The position numbers were made by a program, and so were the translations under genes. Shown here in pieces: positions 8,533 through 17,075 of a stretch of DNA of 32,393 nt. The number at the start of each line of letters is the position of its first letter. Position 1 is the first letter of the stretch. The DNA comes from a bacterium (GTDB lineage Bacteria > Patescibacteriota > Minisyncoccia > Phycocordibacterales > UBA6899). Under the pieces are notes generated by a model that did no database searches, had not been told where the DNA came from, and worked only from the letters and a program-made list of their open reading frames with translations. The stretch is from positions 1-32,393 of the forward strand of contig JAYTUL010000026.1 in NCBI GenBank assembly GCA_043744555.1. Direction: 5' to 3'.

Positions 8533-9240
8533 TTAAAGTTTCAATATAAACTGCTCTAGATGTATTTCGAGCTCACCCTCTCCGCGGTGCCCCGTATGAT
8601 AAATGTCCTTTAATTCACGCAACTTATCTTCGAGTTCCTTTTTCAGATATTTTTTTGCATAGGTATAGTAATTTCGATACGTGAAGTCCTTCATTCCCGC
8701 CGCCAGTGCTTCGGGTTTTGGTAAAATAAGGGCTAGATGCATAGATTTAAACGCCCAAAATATTGTGCCGTGTACTTCTTCCATTGCAAATCCATGTCGC
8801 CTTAGTTTCTCAAATTCAACCCAAGCACGCTTTTTGTCTCTTGCGCCCACTGCGTCAGCAATTACAAAGCTATTTTCAGGTTTTTTTGTTTGTTTAACTA
8901 TTGGATATTCTTTGATCGCGGAAATTCTTTGAAAAAACAGCAAAAGATCTTTGGGTAGCTCATTTTCTCTGATTACAACCACGTGGTCAGTAGCCTTAAT
9001 AACTGTTCTATAGAATGACTCACCTTCAGGATGGTCTAAAATACCATCAAAATAGAGTAAATTTGCCCCGCCAAAGAGATTTTCTGAGATAAATGCGTCT
9101 CGAGCTAGATCGTTGTCGAAATTGACATCGTTAAAGCGAGTTATTAAAGCATCAGGATTTTCGACCTTCGATTCCTCAAAGCTTTCTCTGGCTTCATTGC
9201 GTGCTTTTTGCGTATCTTCGCCAATAAACAGCTGAATCAT
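8533..9240 (-). CDS. holA: Short DNA polymerase III delta subunit (HolA)-like protein
   Basis: N-terminal LFIGED, a 'NLFGG' segment and a C-terminal helical region (F.IADAV..RD..RA; LEQFIL) resembling HolA; close to polA. Confidence 0.6.
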   Translation of the reverse strand: MIQLFIGEDTQKARNEARESFEESKVENPDALITRFNDVNFDNDLARDAFISENLFGGANLLYFDGILDHPEGESFYRTVIKATDHVVVIRENELPKDLLLFFQRISAIKEYPIVKQTKKPENSFVIADAVGARDKKRAWVEFEKLRRHGFAMEEVHGTIFWAFKSMHLALILPKPEALAAGMKDFTYRNYYTYAKKYLKKELEDKLRELKDIYHTGHRGEGELEIHLEQFILKL

Positions 9241-9275
9241 TACCAAACTTTAGCATAAAATTTGCTCTAAATCAT

Positions 9276-9301
9276 AAAAAAGCTGCCCAATTGGGGCAGC
9301 T
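9276..9301 (-). terminator. Intrinsic terminator of the glycine-zipper gene
   Basis: Minus strand reads AGCTGCCC-CAATT-GGGCAGCT followed by a T run. Confidence 0.7.
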
Positions 9302-9330
9302 AAATACATACTAAAGTGCTATTTCTTCTA

Positions 9331-9948
9331 TTATGGCTCGTGTGCTGCATTCTGGCCAGCCTTTCTCGCCTCCTCTATAAGACCCTTGTGGGCAACTTCG
9401 GCAGCAAGTCGTTCTTCCGCTTTGATTTTATTCTTTTCTTCATTGTTAGCCTTGATACATACGGCCAAGAGCTCTGGGTCCTGATATTTTTGACATTGCG
9501 CGGGCACGAACACGACAACTTGCTCCGTGTGTCGGTCGCGGTACGGCATTGAGATTACACCACTGTTATCTTGACGGATATCTCTATCATTTCGAGCACT
9601 ACCCCGGCCTTGAGAATAATCTACATATCCGTTTCTGCGGTAATTACTTGTGCAATCGGTTGCAGAATTTTCTTGTTGTCCATTTCTGAACTGACCGACC
9701 GAGGTACACTCAGTAATGGAACGATTGTTTCTGTTTCTCTCTACGGCAGAGTTTCCAATTATTAAGCCGACTGCACCGCCAATGTCTCGTCCTGCTGTTC
9801 CATAGTTGTCTCCTCCTATCACTCTGCCAGCTGCAGCACCGATAACCGTCCCCGCAATTAAGGGGACTAAATCTTGAAAATCTAATGCTTGCGCAGTTTG
9901 TGACACTGCAAAAAAACTCATCACCACCATAGCCAATGTCCGTTTCAT
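9331..9948 (-). CDS. Secreted glycine-zipper protein, function unknown
   Basis: Signal peptide ending AQA; GTVIGAAAGRVIGG...IGGAVGLIIG zipper; four Cys; own AAGGAG SD and promoter. Confidence 0.7.
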   Translation of the reverse strand: MKRTLAMVVMSFFAVSQTAQALDFQDLVPLIAGTVIGAAAGRVIGGDNYGTAGRDIGGAVGLIIGNSAVERNRNNRSITECTSVGQFRNGQQENSATDCTSNYRRNGYVDYSQGRGSARNDRDIRQDNSGVISMPYRDRHTEQVVVFVPAQCQKYQDPELLAVCIKANNEEKNKIKAEERLAAEVAHKGLIEEARKAGQNAAHEP

Positions 9949-9992
9949 TTAGTACTCCTTTGTTAGTCAAGAAACTATTTACTTCGACACTT

Positions 9993-10021
9993 AGTATACA
10001 CCAAAAAACGTAGACTGTCAA
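9993..10021 (-). promoter_or_regulatory. Sigma70 promoter of the glycine-zipper gene
   Basis: TTGACA-17 bp-TATACT on the minus strand. Confidence 0.7.
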
Positions 10022-10110
10022 GATGTTTTGTGCAGTTTTTTATTTTTTAGACTCCTACCATAAAACCGCTCTAATGCTAGATATTTACCGTGTTGAACAC
10101 ATGGCTGGTC

Positions 10111-12513
10111 TCAAACTAAACTGCCCCAACGAATTCCCGCGGCAATATCTACTACCAAAGGGATATGCTCGCCCTTGGTGTTTTTGGCTGCACTTGTCAT
10201 GGCTTCAGATATCACTCTCTTTGCTTCATCAACTATTTGTTTTTTATCCGTTACTTCAAATATCAATTCATCATGAACTTGAAGAAGGAGTGCTATTTGA
10301 TCGGCATATTTTGTATTTTTTATTGCTTGATCAACTCTTATCATTGCAATCTTTACCAGATCAGCGGCTGTTCCTTGTAGCGGTGCATTCATTGCCATTC
10401 GTTCCGCCATAGCTTTGATAAAAGGAATTCTTGAGCGTAGGTTGGGAAATTGGCGTCTACGTCCGAATAATGTTTCGGTATAACCTTTTTTTGCTGCGTC
10501 TTTCTTTACTTGTTCAAAGTATGCTGCGATCTTAGGGAAAGTTACAAAGTATTGGTCATAAAATTGTTGCGCCTCTTCTCGTGTTGAATTTAGATTTGTT
10601 TTTAGCGCGCTTACTCCCATGCCGTAGATTATCCCAAAATTGATCACTTTTGCTCGTCGGCGCATTTCTTTGTTTACATCCTTATCTTCAACTTTGAATA
10701 CTCGAGCTGCAACAGAGGTATGAATGTCTGATTCAGCTTGAAATATCTCGGTCAACCCTGGATCTCCTGAAAGCATTGCTAGTACACGCATTTCTATCTG
10801 CGAATAATCAAAAGCGATCAGCACTTTTCCTTCCGGTGCAACAAAAGCATCGCGAATTACTTCGCCTAAACCTTCTCGAACAGGGATATTTTGCAACCCA
10901 GGGTTGGTAGACGAGAAGCGTCCAGTTGAAGATCCGTCCTGATGAAATGTAGTATGAATGCGACTCGCTTCATCAACCATTAAAGGCATATTGTCGATAT
11001 AAGTAGAAAGTAATTTTTGGTACTCGCGATACTCAAGGATAGAAGCAATTATCGGATGCGCGTCTCGCAATTTCTCAAGTTCTGATTCTCGAGTTGAACG
11101 CGCGCCACCTTCTGTCTTTTTTAAGCCTTTTGCCGTAAGCCCCATCTTGTCAAAAAGAATCACCCCCATCTGTTTCGGAGAATTGATATTAAACTCTTCG
11201 CCAGCAAATTTATAAATTTCCTTTTCAGCTTTTTCGAGTTTTTTGTGGTATTCAGTCGAAAGTTTCTTTAAGTAGGCAACATCGAGATTTATACCTTTTG
11301 TTTGTGCGGCTTCTATTATTGGTATAAGTGGGAGTTCTATTGTTTCAAATATTTCCCATAATCCAACTTTTTTTAACTCAGTGAATATTTTCTCTTTTGC
11401 CTTCAGAAAATCTTCTTCGCCGGTATATTCAAACACATCTTCAATACTTGGAGTTGTTTTATCTGAATTTAGTATCCAAAGTCCGATAGCAACTGCCCTT
11501 TGTTCATGGTAAGGAATAGTAGATGGATCAAATATTTTTTTCTGTTTTACTGCTTCGCCAATGGCACTTTTCTCAGATGCTTCACTCACTGGGTCAGTGA
11601 ATAACCCCTTAACTCGGACTGCGAGCGACTTAAATTCTAGTTCACCGAATAGTTTAACTGCGAGATCTGTTGTGAAGCCTTCTTTCCAAGTTATCTCAGG
11701 CATTTTATAAGTTATCGGTGCATCTAGACGGATAGTGGCTAGCATTTTTGAAAAAAGTGCATCCTCTTCTCCAGCAATAAGTAACTCAACAATACGTGGC
11801 TTTATTCCAGAATCAACTAATGTCTGTTTATTTTTCTTAATCGCTTCGTACACTCCTTCAATAGTGCCAAATTTTTGAATCAGTTCGCCACCTGTTTTTT
11901 CTCCAATGCCCTTTATCCCGATAATATTATCTGAAGGATCTCCTCGTAGGCCTTTATAATCGGGGAGCTGAAGTGGACTGAAGCCAAAGCGTTCGTTTAC
12001 TTTTTCTTCATCATAGACAATTGTGTCGGTGATTCCTTTTTTTAGTGTATATACCCGCACTTTTTTACCTTTGACTAGCTGAAGCGTATCCATATCGCCC
12101 GTCACAATGATTATTTCAATATCCTTGTTGTTTTTTGTTTGCTCTACAATAGTTCCGAGCATGTCATCAGCCTCAAACCCCGGAGCATCATAGATCGGGA
12201 TATGAAATGCGCTAAATACATCGCGTGAACGCTCTAGTTGGTGTTTTAATTCATCATCTGTTTTTTTGCGTCCAGCTTTGTATTCCTTATATTGCTTGTG
12301 ACGAAAAGTTGGTCCGGGTAAGTCGTAGCAAGCTGCCATAAAATCCGGCTTAAACTCGGCAATAGCCTTTAGTAGCATAGTTGAAAGCCCATATAACCCT
12401 CCAGTGGGTTCTCCTTGCTTTGTGGCAAAATCTGGAAGCGCATGATAAGCCCTATGAATGATGGCGTGAGCATCAAAAAGCACCAAGCGCTGTGTATGTT
12501 CTTTAGAGACCAT
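10111..12513 (-). CDS. polA: DNA polymerase I (5'-3' exonuclease plus polymerase; proofreading region vestigial)
   Basis: EADD, GDPSDNI.GIKGIGEKT, TGRFSS..P.LQNIP, DYSQIEMR, AKVINFGIIYG, QVHDEL. Confidence 0.97.
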   Translation of the reverse strand: MVSKEHTQRLVLFDAHAIIHRAYHALPDFATKQGEPTGGLYGLSTMLLKAIAEFKPDFMAACYDLPGPTFRHKQYKEYKAGRKKTDDELKHQLERSRDVFSAFHIPIYDAPGFEADDMLGTIVEQTKNNKDIEIIIVTGDMDTLQLVKGKKVRVYTLKKGITDTIVYDEEKVNERFGFSPLQLPDYKGLRGDPSDNIIGIKGIGEKTGGELIQKFGTIEGVYEAIKKNKQTLVDSGIKPRIVELLIAGEEDALFSKMLATIRLDAPITYKMPEITWKEGFTTDLAVKLFGELEFKSLAVRVKGLFTDPVSEASEKSAIGEAVKQKKIFDPSTIPYHEQRAVAIGLWILNSDKTTPSIEDVFEYTGEEDFLKAKEKIFTELKKVGLWEIFETIELPLIPIIEAAQTKGINLDVAYLKKLSTEYHKKLEKAEKEIYKFAGEEFNINSPKQMGVILFDKMGLTAKGLKKTEGGARSTRESELEKLRDAHPIIASILEYREYQKLLSTYIDNMPLMVDEASRIHTTFHQDGSSTGRFSSTNPGLQNIPVREGLGEVIRDAFVAPEGKVLIAFDYSQIEMRVLAMLSGDPGLTEIFQAESDIHTSVAARVFKVEDKDVNKEMRRRAKVINFGIIYGMGVSALKTNLNSTREEAQQFYDQYFVTFPKIAAYFEQVKKDAAKKGYTETLFGRRRQFPNLRSRIPFIKAMAERMAMNAPLQGTAADLVKIAMIRVDQAIKNTKYADQIALLLQVHDELIFEVTDKKQIVDEAKRVISEAMTSAAKNTKGEHIPLVVDIAAGIRWGSLV

Positions 12514-12519
12514 TCCATC

Positions 12520-12552
12520 AGTATCTAGTATTGAGTATCAAGTATCAAGTAT
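12520..12552. repeat. Five tandem AGTATnn heptamers
   Basis: AGTATCT-AGTATTG-AGTATCA-AGTATCA-AGTAT between divergent polA and abiEi. Confidence 0.8.
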
Positions 12553-12558
12553 GTGGTA

Positions 12559-12598
12559 TTGACTTATCCTTTTCAGATATGATACACTTCTGTCATAT
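12559..12598 (+). promoter_or_regulatory. abiE promoter with overlapping inverted repeat (putative operator)
   Basis: TTGACT (12559-64), extended -10 TGaTACACT (12580-88); imperfect IR ATATGATA-N6-TGTCATAT (12577-12598). Confidence 0.5.
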
Positions 12599-12600
12599 AT

Positions 12601-13218
12601 ATGAAAAGCAAAAATAACCTTTTAGAGCAGTTAAAATCTCTACCTCATTTTGGGAAGAATACTGTATATCAACTTGGTAAGCAGTTGGGGTTGGAAGACT
12701 CTACGGTTAATACCTATATTAGTCGTTTTTTAACGTATAAAGAAATTTATAGACTTAAAAATGGGTTGTATGTTTCTGCTGATTTTTTTGATAAAAACAA
12801 GAACAATGTTTCGTATTCATTCTATCTTGCAAATATTATCCGCACACCATCATATGTGAGTTCTTGGGCGGCACTAGAGTATTATGATCTTGCCACAGAA
12901 GCCATACATTCTGTCACTTCGGTTACACTTAAGGTAACAAGAGCATATGAGACAAAAGCTGGTAACTTTGCTTATAAGTCGATCAATAAAAAACTTTTTT
13001 CTGATTTTTATCTGGCAAATGATAAGTTTGATTTTTATATAGCTTATCCATCCAAAGCATTATTTGATTTACTTTATTTCAAGACAAACCAGCTTAGAGG
13101 TCTTTCTGTGGAGAATATAAAAGCAGTAGTTGCAGAATTAAGAATAGATATCAACGAGATAAGTGCGGAAGAACAGACAAAATTTTATCAGATGATTAAT
13201 AAATATTTCCATGAGTGA
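12601..13218 (+). CDS. abiEi: Type IV TA antitoxin, AbiEi-like transcriptional regulator
   Basis: RLKNGLY, PSYVS..AL.YY.L, ITSVT-like segment and A.P.KALFDLLY; overlaps the downstream nucleotidyltransferase. Confidence 0.85.
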   Translation: MKSKNNLLEQLKSLPHFGKNTVYQLGKQLGLEDSTVNTYISRFLTYKEIYRLKNGLYVSADFFDKNKNNVSYSFYLANIIRTPSYVSSWAALEYYDLATEAIHSVTSVTLKVTRAYETKAGNFAYKSINKKLFSDFYLANDKFDFYIAYPSKALFDLLYFKTNQLRGLSVENIKAVVAELRIDINEISAEEQTKFYQMINKYFHE

Positions 13219-14485
13219 GCATATTAGAACAATCTTAAAACGAAAACTTAATGACTTAAACATTTATGGCGGGCTTGATGCAGAAACACGCCGCAATTCT
13301 CTCAAAGAAGAGTTGCAGTTTTATGTTCTCAATTTTATCTATCATCACCCTAAATACAATTCATGGACCATGTATGGGGGTTCGGCTCTGCGTATCATTC
13401 ATAGACTTGATCGTATGTCTATTGATCTGGATTTTGAAGTCTCGCATAGCATTACTGAGAGATTTTTAGATGAGCTAAAAAAAGAAGTTGAGAATTATTT
13501 TATGAATACATATGCAGCAGGTGCTGATTTTCTGACAGTAAAGATAACTACAGGTAGAGGTTTGGTTCTAAAATTTCATGTCGGAGAAGAATTAAGTTCT
13601 GGGCACCCCTCCAAACAGGTGCATGTAAAAGTTGACCTCAATCACTTTGTTGCCCCAAAAACTATAGTAACCGAACGTCGTCCTATAAATCATAATCAGC
13701 TTTCCTTCGTTATTATTACTTATAATATGGGAGCACTTATGGCGAGTAAAATTGCCGCTATCTTTCTACGTGGGACTCGTAGTATTGGAACAGCTACATA
13801 TGAGGAAAAAGGACGTGATATTTATGATCTCCTGTGGTATATGGATAAAAAAATAGTGCCTGATTTTGATTATCTTATAGCTAAGGGTATTGACGTAAAA
13901 AATCCTAAAGAATTATTTGATAAAATAACAATTAAAGTTCTGAACAACCCTAACACTGATACCAATCTCAAGCAGGACCTCGAGCCACTTTTTGCCAATC
14001 GAACCTTTATTGAAAACTGGCTCAAGAATTGGCGAGAAAGCTACTTACGACTTCTTGATTACTACAAGATTCGTGAAGTTAAAGGCTATCAGGGTCTTAA
14101 TTTCTCTAATAATTTCCACACTGATGTCTTCTCATTTGATTTTACCTACAACACGACAGAAAAAGAAAATGTAAGCATCAAATTTCAGCTGCCGTACGAA
14201 TGGCTGTTGCATGAAAACTTGAACCATGAGGTAAGCGAAGATGTGTTCAAGGGAGTTAGTTTTGGCGCACGCTCGGAAAAGCAGACTGAACAGCTCAAGC
14301 AATATGCGACTTTATTCTGGGAGAAAACAGAGGAATATTTAAAAAAAACGAACAGAATTATGTTCGGTGATAATATTGTGACAAAAGTTATCCGAAATAC
14401 AGCTGACAATCTAAATCCAAAAGAACAGATCGTGCTCACTAAATCTGGCCTGCTCTCTTGCGAGCTTGATGATCTGTTGAGATAA
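13211..14485 (+). CDS. abiEii: Type IV TA toxin, AbiEii-family nucleotidyltransferase with C-terminal extension
   Basis: GGSALR...RMSIDLDF, SKIAA...R and KGRDIYDL motifs; 424 aa. Confidence 0.9.
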   Translation: MSEHIRTILKRKLNDLNIYGGLDAETRRNSLKEELQFYVLNFIYHHPKYNSWTMYGGSALRIIHRLDRMSIDLDFEVSHSITERFLDELKKEVENYFMNTYAAGADFLTVKITTGRGLVLKFHVGEELSSGHPSKQVHVKVDLNHFVAPKTIVTERRPINHNQLSFVIITYNMGALMASKIAAIFLRGTRSIGTATYEEKGRDIYDLLWYMDKKIVPDFDYLIAKGIDVKNPKELFDKITIKVLNNPNTDTNLKQDLEPLFANRTFIENWLKNWRESYLRLLDYYKIREVKGYQGLNFSNNFHTDVFSFDFTYNTTEKENVSIKFQLPYEWLLHENLNHEVSEDVFKGVSFGARSEKQTEQLKQYATLFWEKTEEYLKKTNRIMFGDNIVTKVIRNTADNLNPKEQIVLTKSGLLSCELDDLLR

Positions 14486-14502
14486 AATATAATTCTCTGC
14501 CT

Positions 14503-14601
14503 CCCATCAGAATGGGTTCCCTAGGGCTTCCCTCCCCTTACAGGGGCTGTACACCTTTTTGATTTTTATGAAAAAATCTGTAAAGGTCTTGCGGGTGGGT
14601 C
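14503..14601 (-). repeat. Dispersed structured element family B, copy 1
   Basis: Minus strand GACCCA..CGCAAGAC-[hairpin]-GTGTACAGCCCCTGTAAGGGG..GGAAG-N6-GGAA..ATTC..ATGGG matches 32270-32377. Confidence 0.75.
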
Positions 14602-14622
14602 GCCCATGAGGACATGGGTTCC

Positions 14623-14856
14623 CTATGACCCACCCTCACCCCATTGTTTACCGAACTCATACTCGAGGAGTTTCCATGCATCGGCGAGATCTTCATCGCG
14701 CAGAACAAAGATATCAAATCCATAGGGTTCTTCACCTTGCGCCACAGTTGAGGGTGAGCGTTCACGTATGAAATTTTTTATGTTATGGCTCGTCAAAAAT
14801 TCCCGAGTTATATTGGCCGGTTCTGCTTCTCGAAAAAATCGTATACGGCTGCTCAT
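14623..14856 (-). CDS. Small protein, possibly DUF2007-like
   Basis: 77 aa; ATGA overlap with tsaE; pattern A.I.REFL.SHNI..F ... IFV..EDL.DA.KLL. Confidence 0.55.
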   Translation of the reverse strand: MSSRIRFFREAEPANITREFLTSHNIKNFIRERSPSTVAQGEEPYGFDIFVLRDEDLADAWKLLEYEFGKQWGEGGS

Positions 14857-15290
14857 ATTACATGCGTTATAGAACGGACTGCGTAATCAATGAATTTGAA
14901 TCGAAGCAAGGTCGCATCTTTAGGAAATAATTCTTTCATAAGTTCTGGCCACTCTATCACAATAAGGTTCTTAGGATCATGAGTAAGTTCGCTCCATCTG
15001 AGAGAGCGGAGTTCATCGGGGTGCAGGATACGATAAGCATCAACATGAACTAATCGGCTCCACTGCTTGTCTTTGAGTGTGTAGAATTTTGCGATCACAA
15101 ATGTTGGCGAAGACACCTCCTCCTGTATGTATAAGATGTTGGCGAGTGATTTTACAAATGCCGTCTTCCCGGAACCAAGGTCGCCGGAAAGTCCCACTAC
15201 CGTAGCATGAGACTTTTGCTTTATTAAACCACTCTGAAATATTCGTGCATATTCCTCAAGTTCTGTTAAGCTTTTTATCTCTTGTTCCAT
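14853..15290 (-). CDS. tsaE: tRNA threonylcarbamoyladenosine biosynthesis ATPase TsaE
   Basis: GDLGSGKT, SPTF, HVDAYR, IEWPE. Confidence 0.95.
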   Translation of the reverse strand: MEQEIKSLTELEEYARIFQSGLIKQKSHATVVGLSGDLGSGKTAFVKSLANILYIQEEVSSPTFVIAKFYTLKDKQWSRLVHVDAYRILHPDELRSLRWSELTHDPKNLIVIEWPELMKELFPKDATLLRFKFIDYAVRSITHVI

Positions 15291-15349
15291 TGCTTATTCA
15301 TATTAGCATAGTAAAAAACCAGAGGAGGGCATTACATGCTCTACGGTTT

Positions 15350-16966
15350 TTATGCTGGCTGGCTGGTAGGGAATGTGCGTCGTTCATCACTTCCTGGCGC
15401 TGACTTTTCAGCTTCTATCTCCTGCTTGCGTTCATTATAATATGCCTTTGCTTTTCGTAACCCTACAATGCTTCCAACAATGATGAGGACATATAATAGC
15501 CATCCAAAAAATGAGCTTGGCAGAATACTGAATGATGAGGCACCGGTAGATGTGGTCTCATTTGCAACTTGAGTTACGGCACCAGTTCCCACGACCTGCA
15601 CTACCCCCGCTGCGTCGGTGTATTCTAAGTGCACACGAGCGTCTGGGAAAGTTCCATTAGCATCACCTGTAGTCATGCCGAGTATGCTTATTGTTCGCGT
15701 CGAGCCGTTCTCTAGTCTGCCAGCAGGAAGAACGTATGTCCGCTCAGGACCTGCGCCTTCTTCAAGTAAGAGTTCATTAACGGTGTTATCGCCGATATAG
15801 ACCACATTTGCAGGAAGAATGATTTTAAGTTTCGCATTGGTTGAAAGTACGTTTAAGCGGTAAGCATATGAAACACGGTATTCAACTGCGGTATGAGCAG
15901 GGACATTATCGGGACCGATTTTCTGAATAGTCACCTCTACTGATTTCTTACCCGTAAGCGTGTTCCAGAAAGTTCCGACTGGATTTGTGGCACCTGCTGC
16001 AACAAGGTGATTCGAGTTGTTAGTTTGAGTACTGGCACTTGCTTTTGTTGTGCTTGAGGCAGATGTTGTCTGTTTTTTATTAAACAAATTTCCTAATCCG
16101 AAGAAATCTCCAGGTCGCGAGTTATTGGATCCAAGTAGGCTACTATCTTGAGATGCGGTTTGTGCATTTGTGGTTATTTTTCGAATGACTCCATCACCCT
16201 GTGCTTGAGGTTGTGAAACACTTTGCTCACGGAGACTTTCTGGAGGTGGTGGTGGAATACCCCTTGTACTAAATATTTTTGTAACCCCATAGACTACCCC
16301 CTGAGAATTTTCTCCTATCATTCTGTAATAATAGTTGGTTCCTGGTGTAAGTCCTGTGATGCTTATTTGCACTGGACCAGAGTCTGTTCCCCAGCCATTG
16401 TGACTGGTTTCATTTTCAAGTCTACTTGCAGCTCCCCACTGAAACCAATACTTCGCTGTGGTGTTTCCATGGGGGCTTATATACCCATTTAACACTGCAC
16501 TTGTGTCATTTATCGTATCTGGGGCGTTTGTTTGAACGATAATTATGGGGTCGATGGGATTCGGTAATGGCTTGGTAGTAAAATATGTGGTTTGCCCCAC
16601 ATCTTTTCCCCGACTATTCTCTGCGATCTGTCGATAAAAATACTGCTCGCTTGGTGCAAGACCTGCAATATCTGCGCTTGTATCGATCATTTGAGTACCA
16701 CTCCACATTTGCGTATGTCGAGTTTCATATACAACATCATAACGCCCAACCACCCCCCACTCATACCATTGATAAGTATCTGGCATTTCGTTGGGATTGA
16801 CTGCACCATTCAATCTTGCACTTTTCTCAGTGATATATGTTGGGGCTTTTGTTGTCGCAAACGGTGCCGCCTGAGACGCTAATGCTATATCTGGCAACAC
16901 AAGCACCCCTTGAAAAAGGATTGCAAAAGTCCCTATATATGAAAAATAATTTCCCCAAGTTTTCAT
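15350..16966 (-). CDS. Cell-surface protein with two FN3-like repeats and C-terminal membrane anchor
   Basis: Signal peptide; two repeats SA.LNG.(V/I).P...(Y/F).WG...GL.P...Y.YR...ENS.G; S/T-rich linker; Ig/DUF11-like domain; TM followed by basic residues. Confidence 0.8.
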   Translation of the reverse strand: MKTWGNYFSYIGTFAILFQGVLVLPDIALASQAAPFATTKAPTYITEKSARLNGAVNPNEMPDTYQWYEWGVVGRYDVVYETRHTQMWSGTQMIDTSADIAGLAPSEQYFYRQIAENSRGKDVGQTTYFTTKPLPNPIDPIIIVQTNAPDTINDTSAVLNGYISPHGNTTAKYWFQWGAASRLENETSHNGWGTDSGPVQISITGLTPGTNYYYRMIGENSQGVVYGVTKIFSTRGIPPPPPESLREQSVSQPQAQGDGVIRKITTNAQTASQDSSLLGSNNSRPGDFFGLGNLFNKKQTTSASSTTKASASTQTNNSNHLVAAGATNPVGTFWNTLTGKKSVEVTIQKIGPDNVPAHTAVEYRVSYAYRLNVLSTNAKLKIILPANVVYIGDNTVNELLLEEGAGPERTYVLPAGRLENGSTRTISILGMTTGDANGTFPDARVHLEYTDAAGVVQVVGTGAVTQVANETTSTGASSFSILPSSFFGWLLYVLIIVGSIVGLRKAKAYYNERKQEIEAEKSAPGSDERRTFPTSQPA

Positions 16967-16973
16967 AAATTCA

Positions 16974-17001
16974 ATTATACACTATTTAATTCTTTTGTCA
17001 A
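16974..17001 (-). promoter_or_regulatory. Consensus sigma70 promoter, leaderless geometry
   Basis: TTGACA-16 bp-TATAAT ending 7 nt before ATG 16966. Confidence 0.75.
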
Positions 17002-17075
17002 TTGTTTTCATTATTTTTATGGTTTAGATTTTTGTGCTTGTGAAAGCCTGCCTCAAAGGGTAGAATATGTAACAA

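Noticed and set aside
14503-14625. Cobalamin riboswitch (AGGGAA-hairpin-CCCGCAA, GCCnCTG..GGGAAG on the minus strand)
   Set aside because: The B12-box is missing, and it points into the 3' end of a convergent gene, so it has nothing to regulate in cis.
14538-14765. 75-aa ORF and other short ORFs overlapping or antisense to long genes (e.g. 10023-10412, 17226-17632, 22040-22438, 28160-28462)
   Set aside because: Shadow frames of well-supported genes, structured elements or oriC, with no motifs of their own.
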